Source of the DNA: Balanoglossus misakiensis
Taxonomy: Eukaryota > Animalia > Hemichordata
Direction: 5' to 3'
Assembly: GCA_040954595.2 (NCBI GenBank)
Contig: CM082587.2
Coordinates: 5,382,206 to 5,446,205, forward strand
Length of the DNA: 64,000 bases
The notes beneath the pieces were generated by a model that worked only from the letters and a program-made list of their open reading frames with translations, ran no database searches and was not told the origin of the DNA. This document shows positions 1 to 16,733 of this stretch, piece by piece. Each line of letters begins with the position of its first letter. Positions within the stretch are counted from its first letter, which is position 1. A program made the translations under genes and the position numbers.

Positions 1-3000
1 AACAGAGGAGTAACAGTATTACACTTCTGCAGTATGCGTTCCACTGTTTGCCCCATGTGTAATGCATATTCTGGACATCTGAAGTTCCAATCAAACGGAA
101 CAGTTGTTTCAAATCTGAAACTACTGCTTGCATGCTAAGGATGGGCTATCCTTTTTAGGTCTTCATCATGAGTGAGCGAATCCAGCCTGAGATCTCATAG
201 GGCCGGCAGATTTCATGACTACATGTAGGCCAGTTAAGTAGTATGGCTCTTAGCACTGGCTAGCCAGACAGACTTGCAAATATTATTTGGTTTCGACACT
301 GAAACTCTACATTGTACACATAATGTAGGTGTCACCTTGTACTTGTTTGTATTTTGTATTTCAATGTCAGGTTGCATTTTCCATGGTCAAGGACTGCAGT
401 ACGATAAACTACACGTTAGCAACGAAAGAATGCCAAGAGGTTTTAAAGACGTCACTGGACAAGAACAGCGCTTCACGGCCTAGTTCAGAAAAGAGGACCC
501 GGGTCCTGGTGTGACAGCTCAGTCAACCACGACGCATACCTGTCTGCGTACACCCAACAAACAATAGCCAATTGTCTGCGTCCACAACAATAAAACTGGG
601 TTTGTTTTCAAAACACAGGTTGGGAATAAAGGGGCATTAAAACCCAAACGAGTCAATGTGGACATAAACGTACAAATAAAGGTGAATGTGACAATTCCTG
701 ATGTAAAATATTAGTTTGAAATACCATCTCTGCCTTTATTACAAGTTGTTATGACAATCTACCTACTTGTGAACTATTCTGGCCTCTTAAACTGCAATGT
801 TAGTGAGAAACTGCTGTGTTTATTGACAATTTCTCTCTCTCAGTCGTTTTAACTTGAGTTGACATGACATAAATAAACACATTCTCACCATATGGTTACT
901 GATATATAACAATTCATGTCATTTTATGAGCTAAAAACATAAGCAATGTTACGACCGAAATCATTCACTAAAATCCAATCTGCTTAAATAATTTGAAGGA
1001 AAAAAATCAAGTCGTTTTCTGTAAACTCTTCTGAACAGGTACATGTTATTACACCTTTTGCTTTGAGATTATATTTTAACCAGTAAGCAGGTCATTTCTG
1101 ATGGAAAAATAATCTGAATGCTGATAATACCCCATGCTGACAACCAAAAATCATTTATTAATTATAATGGCCCCTACGGACATGTATTCTGCAGTACGCA
1201 TCATTTCTAGCCTTTGACGAGGATTAAAAAATCAACCTCACCTTAAAACTGACAAAATTCCAATTAAATCACACTTTAATATTTTAAATCAGGATTACAC
1301 TGAGGTGTTACGTAAAGATGTCTCAAAATATTTCTCAAGGTGAAATTAAAGTAACAGGGATTTTTCTCCTGAGAATCGACCAATCTTGGTCAACAGGAAG
1401 CTGGATCATTAGACAATTTGACATCAACAGGAACAGCCTCGTACATGTATTGGGTATCAATTTGTCCTTACGAAAAAAACATCTCTAGTGGGCTTATTAT
1501 CTCCTGTTGCCATGGACACAGTGGCGCTTGAACTAGGTGGCATTCTATTTTTAGCATCACCATCTGAAAAGACGCCATTGTATATATGATGTAGTTGAAG
1601 GCAAAAACTGGAAATAACCATTTGAAGAAATGTTGCAAGAAAACGACAGAGGTGTACAACACAGATGCTAGTGAAAATTATTTCATTGTTTTATTGTTCA
1701 GTTTTTAATAAATGAGCTGTTTTAGATCGTTGCCTGCATGGGATTAAGTAATGATAATATGGCGTGTCAGATGAAGATGTTCTAGGAAGGGAGCTGGAAC
1801 TGATTGGAGAGGACACCATCTTGAAGACTCCCCCGCCCACGTGAAAATGACGTTCCACACTACGGAAAAAAATCTCGCAGTGAACGTGGCACACATCCAC
1901 GTTCAACAAAGACACTCTTCAAACATGCACGCAAAACAATTTGCATGTGAATTAACAAATTCATTGCCATGACTACATGTGCGTTCACACGACTGCTGTA
2001 TTATTTGCATTGCTCCCATCTTTTTTTATCAACATGGACTAAATTTTATTAGCAGGCTTGAACAAGCGCTGATTGCCATGGGCACATGACAGACCAATAC
2101 AATAGATGTAGGAAATGCAAATGTTTAGAACAATAATTATTCAAATGTACTTGACAACCCTTGCTGTTTAGAATGTTACATGGTTGACTGAGATTGCAAT
2201 GCGATGCAGACAACTTAAAACGCTCTGATATCAACATTTGTGGGATAGTCCAGATAAATGCAGTATGTGGGAGTTATAAGACAACTCCACAATGTCTTAC
2301 AACCTCCTCGATGAGCCGGGCTATCAATTTCATTAAATCTTAAGACGACACACACATGGGCCTTTCAAGAAGGTATGGGATTGATGGTTTTCTGCTGCTT
2401 CATCTCAAGTACATTTAACATGTAAAGACTCATTGGGACAACTGTGTGTAATTTTCACAATTTCTTGAACTTTTCAGCTGGGATCTCGGAGATCTAGTTT
2501 CCTAGAGCGGGTGTACACAGTTGTCCACAAAAACTCAACCGACGGGGGGCCATGGAGGGGAGTGAGAGTGTCCATATTATTGGCTGGCGTACCCCAGGGG
2601 TCAAAGGTCCTGTTTTATCGTATTGCCTCTGAATTATCGTAAGACATGTAGTGCATGGGCGTCCAGATTCCCACAATGTGATGTATTGAAAATAATTCCT
2701 TGAAAAAAGAAACAGTTGGAGAGACAAGCTAATTTACACATCCACCCACTCAGAAAATTAATTCAAGGCTAAACAGTTTCCTTGAATGAGATGAATTATT
2801 TTTTTCCGTGATATTATATTGTAAACATATTACTACAGCTTTCCCCAACAGGCTCTCAGGTTGCCCCTGGAAACCACTACAGACAGTAAGTGCGTCTGGG
2901 TAAACATCCCCGGGCCAAAGGTTCACCAGGCATTTATTTGTGATTCCACGTAACAATCGAGATAGGTCTCCACTTGTATGGTAGAGATTGCCGGGCTAAA

Positions 3001-4640
3001 AAAGTGTCTTACACAAACAGTTGACAAATATCAGACGTAGAGAAATATCTCTGATTTCAGTGCACACTGTCACAAATGGAAGGTTGAACTAGATATCAGT
3101 CGGCAAGTACAAGTACAATTGTTAGTTTTGTACATGGTGAAGCAGCTCATGCTAATCTTAACTGGCAGAACGGTGCATGTGTCCTAAAAACCTGCTCTTT
3201 TCACTACAGTTTGCCTTTTCCACTGATGCGATTATGACTAACACGTGACGCGAGCCACTCAAATAGTTCAACGAGTGGTCAAGGTCACAAGAGTTGACCG
3301 GTCACGGGCAATGTTCGACGAGCTCAACATTCCTTGGGGAAGATGCCCTTTAATATAACAGCACCATTTGTACTTTAAACAAACGAGATTGAGTGAGAAG
3401 ATATTCAAATGTACCACTCTCATCCATTTATCAAGATTAATATGTTATCATCACTATCACTTTATTTGCGGCTTAAAGCAAACCAGAATCTCCTTGAGTC
3501 ACGCCTTGAGCCTTGATCGTAACTCTTAACACCAGACTACATACATGTAGGTGAGGATGTGAGGTGAAGTAATGTCAAACAAAGTACTACACATCAGGTG
3601 CATATGAATGCCAGGAGCGTAAAACATAAATTTGCAATTTTTACGCCAGAAAATCACGTCTCGGCGTGCCTGTCTTTGTCAATTGTGATAGAGTAATCGT
3701 ATCAGTAACCTAGTGATAGGTAAAAACAATTTGTGAAACAAAACACTGGCCTTTATTTTGCGTACTTCCTTATGTCATGCCATGCATCAACAACGAACTT
3801 GTTCCGCCCGGCTGGCATTCACACTGACCGTTCATTCATCATGGAATCCGCCGACGTCATATGATGTAACGCAATGCTACTTGATGATGCTATTGTTACA
3901 ACCCAGTCTTGCCAGCTTTCACAAGGGAGCACTATAGTTATGCCGGCCTTTTGTTACAATGGGCACAATTGTTCAGAGTAAAGTCATCATCCCATTTCAT
4001 CCAAACCTCCAAAGGGTTAAACCTAACTGCAGCTACACATACACATATTGGATGGTCTTTGTTGAAATGGTCGGTAAATCGAGATTCCTGAATCATTTCC
4101 AATAACATTTGAAGCCACTGTCTGACAGGTTCTGGAGTCATGCACTCATACAGGTACCCTCCCTAATAAACCTTTGTTGTACAATGGATTCGTCGGTTTA
4201 TATCAAAGACCCAGTCTGCAACAGGTGATGTGCAAGTAATTTGCTTTAATGAGGCCACAGTATTATGAAACAAGTCTCAGTTTCCATGACAACAAGAAAT
4301 CACCATTACAGACGTTGGGTCAGTTTGTCCTGGGGCACATAAAAACTTGAGGGGTCAATAGAGCACTTGTAATCTGTTGTTGTTTTTTATGCTGCGGTTT
4401 CGTCATGTCTGGAAGGTAGCAGCCATTGTTATTCTCAGACAATGCACCATCGCGGTAAAGCCGATTTGTAAACTTTCGGGACGATAGCGAGATCAGCCAA
4501 ATGCAGTGTGACATCATGCACGCAGGTCCACGACAGTCTGACAGAGACTACCCAACAACTGGGACAGTTCAAACGGGACCCCTTACACCAGATACCCCTG
4601 AAACTGTCTGTGTTTATGAGTGTGATCTCTAGAATCACTT

Positions 4641-4732
4641 CAACCCTTTCTTTACCATGGTTTGGTCCAAACCTATTGTTTTCTATGGTGAAGTTGGACC
4701 TCTACACAAGTACACAGGGGTGGAAGGGTTAA
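4641..4732. mobile_element. Short MITE-like dispersed repeat with AACCCTT...AAGGGTT ends
   Basis: Ends tcAACCCTTtc...ggAAGGGTTaa. The internal 'attgttttctatggt.a.gttggacctc' is shared with 27852-27957, and a reverse partial copy lies at about 46107-46166. Confidence 0.55.
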
Positions 4733-4829
4733 ATATGATTATCAGTTGTGACATTCTTGCATGCGAGGCAAATCTGGCGAGAAGTGAACTTGTGAATCAA
4801 TAATTAAAGAGAATATAAAGTAATCTTAC

Positions 4830-6600
4830 CTCAAACAAGTGACAGTCTTCAAGACAGGACAGGCATCCAACTTGCCAAAATAAAATCTAGAGAGCCAGCT
4901 CTGTGATTATTGGGGGGATTATCTTGTTTGTCTTTGATGAAAGGTGATGGATGAGATATAGAGACAGAGAGATGAGAGATGGACTGCAGCAATACTAAAG
5001 ATCTTGATTCTGTTTTAAACGACTGGGTTTATGACGACCAGAAGTCTGAAAATAAAACAAATTGGCATGATTACAATACATGATTGCTTTATCAGAAGAT
5101 TTCCATGGGGATCAACCAGAGAGCAAAGCAAAAGTATAATTGGGGAACAATATTTCCTTCTTCTTAGCCCTTATAGCCAACTGTTCACTGATTAACACAT
5201 TTTCCATAATGAACCAGTCCCTAATGAAAGCCTCAATTGTTTTTAATTAACAAACCAGGGGAAAGATCTATATCAATTTACATAGAATGGCCTGGGACAG
5301 GACAGTGTTAATTAATGCTTATGTATTGTACCATTGTTGTTGCCATGAAAATAGGCGGGGACCAAGTTTCAAGATTCCCGCCAAATTGGCTGAATTGTGG
5401 CGGGAAGTAGCGAGTGGTGGAGAATTTTAAAACATCCACTGGGTGACCATGAATTTCCTTTGACCTATTGCAGACACCAAGTTGCACGTGCCATGCACGT
5501 GCCTGAATTATATGTGGATCAAACCCTAAACAAGGCTGCGGCATAAATAGTCTGATGTTGATTATAAAAATTGTGAGTTGGGCAGAGTACCCAAACAATG
5601 TTTTGAAACTGACAGAGGTTAGCACAGAAACTCAAAATTTTTTGAAGGAACAAGGTCAGCCAGGATAAACACAGTAGCTGGAATAGTCAAGTACACAGAC
5701 AGACTGATCACCATAACGATCTGAGACATCGGGCCAACTTGGAGAAAATAATCTTATCGTCGCTATTTTGATGACTTTTGTTGTATTGTTGTGCTCAGTT
5801 ACTAAAGCTCTGAAGTATCGATTTTTTCGGGGTGCAAGACGATTAGTGACAAACTAAACTCGCATAAAAAGGAGGTCCTTCATTAAAAATCTGATCCAAG
5901 GCAGTTCGGGAATGCCAGTTACTTCATTTTCCTATCTTTGCCATGCGGGATAAACAGTTATAATTTGCTGTGGCGACACTTATAACACTATCATTGGCGC
6001 TTGAGATCAATACACACAAATCAACAACACGGAATGGACTTGTGTACGTTTCTCATTATCATGCAAATTCTTTTACAATCATGCTGTTGACACAACGCAC
6101 GCTTTCCCGCGACAGCCATGTTCAAGTCTGGTCGCGTACGTCGGGGCTTCGATCTTTTTTCTCCCGCGACACCTAACCCGCTAGAAACAGGAAGGAAGCA
6201 AGGCCGTACACTCACTCTGACGAATTTAATATCCTGTCGGCAACGCTATGACACATTTACTCGCTGGACGTGATCGAAAACGAACGACACATGAAAATTT
6301 CCATCACACAAAACAGACCATGTGACCGATCAATTGTAACATCCCCACATCACGCATCCCCAGTTTACGCACTGTTAACTCGTGCCCGGGTCAAGTAAAA
6401 CGCACAAGTTTTGCCACACACTATTCTGATATTCTCCTCCACATATCTGGAAACTTTCAGACAAAAACTCACCTTGGTTACGGGTATAACAGAGATTTTC
6501 CGAAGCATACTTGCGAGTGTGGTGTTCCCGATGAGTACAGAAGCGCTACAGTACCGCAGTAGCGCCAATTTCACCATGACGTCACGCTAAAGCATCACCC
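4830..6600 (-). other. Probable 5' non-coding exons and promoter of a minus-strand gene whose coding part lies left of the window
   Basis: Exon 5045-4830 has acceptor ttgttttattttcAG and donor GAG|GTAAG. An upstream donor AGA|GTGAGT lies at 6216/6215 in a CpG-rich stretch with TGACGTCA (6577-6584) and CCAAT motifs. No convincing ORF. Confidence 0.4.
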
Positions 6601-7786
6601 AATCGTAAGCGAGCAACAAAAAACGGTGACGTATGCTATTACGACGAACAGATGAACATCGCATTATATAGTACATGTATATTTATCATGTTTATCAACT
6701 TTCACCTACACTAGCTTTGATTCGGGATCCGCGATGATTTATCCCTTTCATTGACAGACTTTTATAGATCATTATGGGCTATTAGAGATAATCTCAAAGA
6801 TACAATAAACTGTAGTATTATCAAGACCACTGTGACTGTCAAACAAGCTAAGAATCAAAGAACAAAGAATCACCCATCATTTCCTGTTTGCAATTAATTT
6901 ATATTTTTCAAGCCTCCCAAACAAAGCAGATCTCGAACCATTATATAACTTAATATGAATGCAATTTCAAGCCCATTCAAAGGAGATCTCTGAGGAGCAT
7001 TTTATGAATGATCATAATTTTCAATTCATGCACTATTGTATTTCAAACTTGCATAACTAAACTATTTTACTAGTCAATGATGAAAATAATCTTATTTTTC
7101 TGAAGTTCTTTCAAATGGGAAGTCTGATGTCTAACACTACAGGCTATGCAACCCTCACTCACAGAAATTTAACAAGGCAACCTTACATTGTGAAAAACTA
7201 CTAGTAACAATATGTATAGTCGACACATGAGATGGGGACTGGAGATCAATACATTTTTGTGGACAGGTACAATGCCCTGATCGACACAAAAGAATGCTTT
7301 GTTTTTCGATAGTATGGCCAACGACAACGCACAATTACACCTGCCAGGGTAGTGTTTCTTCTCTATTTTGGCCATTACAAGATCAGGTACTGGCTTCGAC
7401 GGTGAACAAATTGATTTTCCATCGCTGTTGCAGTAAAACTATTTATGTAAAGGAATTTACAAGAGCACAGAAGTTTAATCAAATCACACATCTTTTATTG
7501 TCATGGAAATTTTTATTATTCATGGTCCAAATATCCACACATGAATTTTCCTTCATTGAAATGAAACAATGCATAACAACAGGCTGAGAACTGGATACAC
7601 TGTAACTTGCACGAAATACAACTGTATCTCAATTCATGTCCAAAATCAAAAGTTAGTCTTTTGGTTTCAAATCTGAGGATTTGCAGCACAAAGACCCAAC
7701 TGCTTTTCTTTTTAAAATATTTTTTTTTTTTCATGTTTTCGAACATGAATTAAGAAGTCACATGGATGGTTCTTTTTGTGGTAGTG

Positions 7787-8191
7787 CTAGCCGACTTGGC
7801 ACGCACGAATCATCAGCACTTGCAGCAGAATAAAGATGGGCGACATGATCAGGGAGTACGACAGACTATTCTCTTCGGCCAGCCTCTGGCACAGCAGGAA
7901 CTCGAAGATGAAGACGCACACCAGGACCACCGCGCTCCAGATCGTACGCAGCCCGGCCGTCCGCAGCTCGCGGTCGATCCACAGTCGGATGAACACGATG
8001 GAGCAGAAGTAGGCGTTCAGCCCGCAGCAGGTGAAGAGCGGGATGAAGACGTCCCACCACGAGATGTCCACCACCGCCTCCACCTTCAGGGTCAGCATGA
8101 CGGAGAACACCAGCAGGCAGACCAAGTTGATCCAGATCTCAAAGGCAGTCATGCCAAGCCACTGGACGATTTCCTTCAGCGTGAAGATCAT
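7787..8191 (-). CDS. TMEM203: Transmembrane protein 203 (single coding exon, 134 aa)
   Basis: MIFTLKEIVQWLG..FEIW...SWWDVFIPLF...GLNAYFCSIVFIRL...FEFLLCQRLAE...SPIFILLQVLMIRACQVG matches the recalled vertebrate TMEM203 sequence end to end. ATG at 8191. The 5' UTR acceptor is near 8352 and a probable first-exon donor is at 11912/11911. Confidence 0.95.
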   Translation of the reverse strand: MIFTLKEIVQWLGMTAFEIWINLVCLLVFSVMLTLKVEAVVDISWWDVFIPLFTCCGLNAYFCSIVFIRLWIDRELRTAGLRTIWSAVVLVCVFIFEFLLCQRLAEENSLSYSLIMSPIFILLQVLMIRACQVG

Positions 8192-11100
8192 CTCGGCAGA
8201 GTTGTGTCTGATTCCTTCCAGCGTGTCAATCAAACGGCTCACAAAAAAAAATGTACCAGTCAAATTCAGTCACCCAGACGACAGCCAATTTTGTTCACAT
8301 TCTGGTAAAGTTCGTAACTTCCGACAGTTTCTGAGCAGCCGTCATAGTGCCCTGCACAGAAAATAAAATACAAAAGATAATTTATATAAATATATGTTTT
8401 CCTTATTGCCATATGGATATTTATTTAACAATGGCATATGTATAGTTCAGAGCTGGAAACTGTCATGAAAGTAAAATGTGTCATTTCCTACAGCTGCCAG
8501 CCTAATTTACTCTCTGCAACCTGTTCATATGCAAACATGTTGCTGTTAGAAAAAACAGTAGTTAGGTTGACAGCTGATATGAGAGCCTGGCAGCTTCTGG
8601 TTTACCCATCAGAACAAATTTTGCATCAGTAGTCATGGTGGAGCATACATCTAACAATAACGGCAGATTGGATTAGTGTCAAACTCGGATACAGATTAAA
8701 ACCCCGAACCCTGTGGTTGCTATGGTGAGTCTCTACTGAGCATGCTCAGCAAACACCTGCATGCATTGTACATGTACATGAGAAATAAATATACTGATGG
8801 ATTCAGAGGAAGCTTGACCTATGAATTATTGATTCCATGGTGAAAAAGCATTTCAGCGAAATTGTTCTCAAGTGTGTTTGTACTGGGGCATATACATATT
8901 TTTACAAAAAAACAGAACGAAAATTCTACAAAAATAACAAACAGCCCCAGCTGCCTCCCTAATGCTGATACAACAGCCAGCGCTGGTAAATTCAAAGTAT
9001 CCATCTACCTTTAATTGTCATCGGAAATATGTTATCACTTCTAAAATGCCAGGATTCAGATATCTGATTATCACCACTATACAACAATATTAATTAATAT
9101 GAAACATTACGCGCACAACCCTTACAGGTAAATTTTTACACACACACAAAAAAACATCCACTGGCCGGATAAACGACTCAACAGAAAACCTGCATGGCCT
9201 AGATTTGCGTACTGAATTTGTACGGGGTCGTGACGACGTTCCAGACACACGGAACCACACGAAGTTTGGCACAATGCCAAATGAGTTGAAGGTCAATCGA
9301 GGGTATCGAAAAACCTGGTTACAAGACTTTGCTTTACTAGTAAGTGTCTCACCAGTGGTCTGTCGTTACATGAATACAGATGGTGTTTTTTTTAAATACA
9401 GACACTATTTTGTTCTCACTGTCTGGTCATCTGCATTTATCGAATTAATTTCATTGTACAGAAAATTTGATAGCACCGGGTCTTTGAAAAATTAATAAAA
9501 ATAGATGTAAATGCCGTAAATAATAACCATAAAGTTATTTATTTTTGCTTGTAAGGCAAACATTCTGTTTTGAATACATTTATATTATCATGCCATTTCT
9601 AACTCATGAGCATATGTAAATATTTTGCCTGTGGTCAGTTACAAATACCTTCTACAACATATCTGTGGTCACACAAGTGCTTTTCAAAACGTCATCAATC
9701 ATTTCTTATTCTATTCAAGCCACCTCCACAGTATTCCACTATTCGGGTACAGAACAGAAAAAAAACTAAATTATGTGCTGCGTGTACAACTCCCTCTTTC
9801 CAATCAACATACAAAATATTTATTGATTTACTGCCAAATTGTTCAGTTGCGTTCATGACCTAAAAATACACTTACGATATCACCATATAGGTAGGACATG
9901 ACCCTAATACCTTTCTTAAAACCAGTGGTCCATTGTACTTGATCTATACACTGTATCTATATACATGTGTTGGAAATGGAACAGAGACACAGAAATTTGT
10001 TTATATAAAGCAGAACTGAAGTCCGGCTAAAACCAGTAGATAAGAACATTAATTATGTACATTTGTGTAAAAAGCAACAGATAACAGAGGTATAGCATAC
10101 ATGTACATACAGTGTATGCATGCAAAATCCCTTTTTCATCACTAATTAAGTGTACATAACCAACTGACGATGTACATATAAATGTTTATTATAAGGCATA
10201 CATGTCATTATCATTATGTTCATCTATTATAATGTGAAACTGAAACATTCGATTAGTACAAAAATATGTGCTGGTCGGTTCAATCTACTTTGTTAAAATC
10301 TCATTACCTCAGGTACACGTCACAGTGCATAATTGATCATGCAGTGTGCACATGTTAAACGTCACCTTTACATTGTACAGAGTACATGTATTCTGTGTGA
10401 CCTTCGCTTCCCACTACATGTACGTCATAAAGCACATACCATCACTTTTGAATAGTCCCGCTCATTTCCAAAATTGGCTATATTGCTATACCATTAATTA
10501 TACGTCTGCTTAATTATCAAACAGCCAGAGTGCCATCACTAAAAGATTTGACATGCGCAGGGTTGATTTTGCTGGCAACTTCCTCATACACAGTACAACC
10601 ATGGTTACGTTGAACACTACAATGTACATGTATCAGTTAGTCTCATGCTTAAAACATATACAGTACACTGTAACTTCTGGGGATGATATTTTTAGTTCGG
10701 TTCTTGGCCAGCAGATGAATATGTCGATGAATATGTCGAAGTTCAGACTAATTTGTCTCGCCTAATGTGAAATATGGAGGTATCATTAAGTTCTGAATGA
10801 TAAAGTATTTTTCCAATCTACACATATCAGCACACTAAACTGGTGTACTGTAGCAAAGGGGAGACGTACCCTAGCCCTGTACCCCAGTGGGGTAGATGGT
10901 AATACATGTACAGTTTGTGTGGTAATTTTCCCCTCCAAGAAGTACATCATCATGTACAATGTATGCATACATGTACATGCATATAAATGTGTGTACATGT
11001 ACCAGATACCCAGAAGGACAAATTGGCAGTTTAGCTTTGACACTACATGACGACAGACAGCCATGTACATGTAATATAAAACCACAATGCCCTATATCAA

Positions 11101-12040
11101 ATATCTGACATTCAAGGCTCTTGTTATTCGCACACCTGAAATAAACTGTTCTGTACCTGGGTATTATTTACAAACTGTGTATTGTTCTGAAAAAAGGGTC
11201 AGGTACACAGATAAAAAAATAACACTGGAAGGAGCGAACTAGATCTACTACCAGTGTTCTCCCCAAAGCTATTTGATTACTGGGCAATGTCCTTTAATTT
11301 TTGACTTGAGTAAACAATAGAAACACAATACAAGTAGTGTATGACAATTAATGTATTGATGTCCATCATCATCATCATGGTGCACTTAGATGCCACTGCT
11401 GCATCAAACATATCCAGGAAAAAAAAACACTTTATACATACTTGGCACACTGAACACAAAGTCAATACTTTGGAATTTTGTTATCAACCTAAGTTGTTTC
11501 ACCAGATAAATTTCTCAGGAGGCAGTCAGCAAAAACAAAGGTTACATTTCCCTTAAAGTAAACTAAAGAGGGCGCTATGTCAGCCGAAAAATATATCCGA
11601 AACTGAATCCGAATCCGAAACCGACACTAACTTCGTGATATCCAGCTCTATCCATATCCTCCTCCAGACAGCGCATATTCCTTGATGCCGTGTCACTGCC
11701 ACTAAGTTTCAAGCGAATTGCACACCACCTTCGTCTTTGTGTGTATCTTTATTCGTCGGTCACTGTCAACTGAGAATCCCGACTCATGAAAAGTGCCCAG
11801 TGCAGTCCCGTCCCTTGTCAGCTGTGCGTTTCTGTGGCCTCTGTGCTGTGCACTAAAGTTTGTTGGTAGAAATTGGTTTTTCTGAGGGGAGCAGTAAAAT
11901 TTAACATTTACCTCCTTCTTCTGGGTGTCTTTGTGGAGTACAACTACAGTAACATAGCCGTAATCGCCAACTTTCAGTGGCGATCGCGTTCTAACTGGTA
12001 CGTACGCTGCAGCCCTCGTTGTTTGTTGACATCAACCTGT

Positions 12041-12095
12041 TAACCGGAAGTGAAACGGATTGGTGGCGCACTAACCGGAAATGAAAGCGAAAACG
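12041..12095. promoter_or_regulatory. Bidirectional promoter core between TMEM203 and NDOR1 with tandem ETS (GABPA-type) sites
   Basis: TAACCGGAAGTGAAA (12041) and TAACCGGAAATGAAA (12072) are direct repeats 31 bp apart. They lie between a minus-strand donor at 11911 and a plus-strand donor GTAAGT at 12160. Confidence 0.65.
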
Positions 12096-12442
12096 CCGGT
12101 ACATAGAGCATACTGATGGCAATACATTGGATCTGATGCATTTGTGGTACCGACAAGATGTAAGTAGGATACATTTTTGTTGGTGGGTGAATGGGTATGC
12201 ATTGGGGAAGGGATTATAGCTGCAGTTCGTTGCTCTCGGTGAATACGATAGCTACTCAACTGCAGCAGTATGCAGCACAGAAAGTGATGAGGAGAACACT
12301 GGCTGATGGATGGATGAGAACAATCATCACTGGAACATGTGTAAATGAATGAAAGTACATCTACAGTGAGCAGAAACAAGTCGCACTTTCTCAGCTATGT
12401 ACAGCCCAGCATCACAGTGTACCAATATCTTTGCATTTCAGT

Positions 12443-16376
<3,934 letters not shown>

Positions 16377-16733
16377 TGGAACATTTGAACCAGATTGAGT
16401 GTCTCAATGAGAAAGGCTCTGCTGCAGGAACCAACGGATACTTGTAATGTCATGCCTCATGGGGACGTTGCCGGATGCAGAGATGACCGGAATTAAGTCA
16501 TTTTGCTGCAATGGAAATAAGTCCTGTGTGCACGTGGCCATAGCAACAAGACGTGCACAATGCCAAAAGAGAACTATGTATGAAATATTGCAATACGTAC
16601 ATGTACTGTACTTTTAAACGTTACATTAACAAATGTGTCAATTATTGAAATAAAAACATGATTACAAACCAAACAGTTTACCGTTGTACTAACTAGTTCT
16701 TGCACCAAATGTGAGGAAACTTGCCACAAATGA

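Noticed and set aside
329-514. Short plus-strand ORF after an AG as a terminal exon
   Set aside because: No recognisable homology or supporting upstream exon in the window.
7766-8366. Plus-strand ORFs of 180 and 111 aa
   Set aside because: Antisense shadows of the GC3-rich TMEM203 CDS.
12284-12330. GTGATGA...CTGA...TCATCAC in NDOR1 intron 1 as a C/D snoRNA
   Set aside because: Box spacing is too short and there is no terminal D box or identifiable guide.
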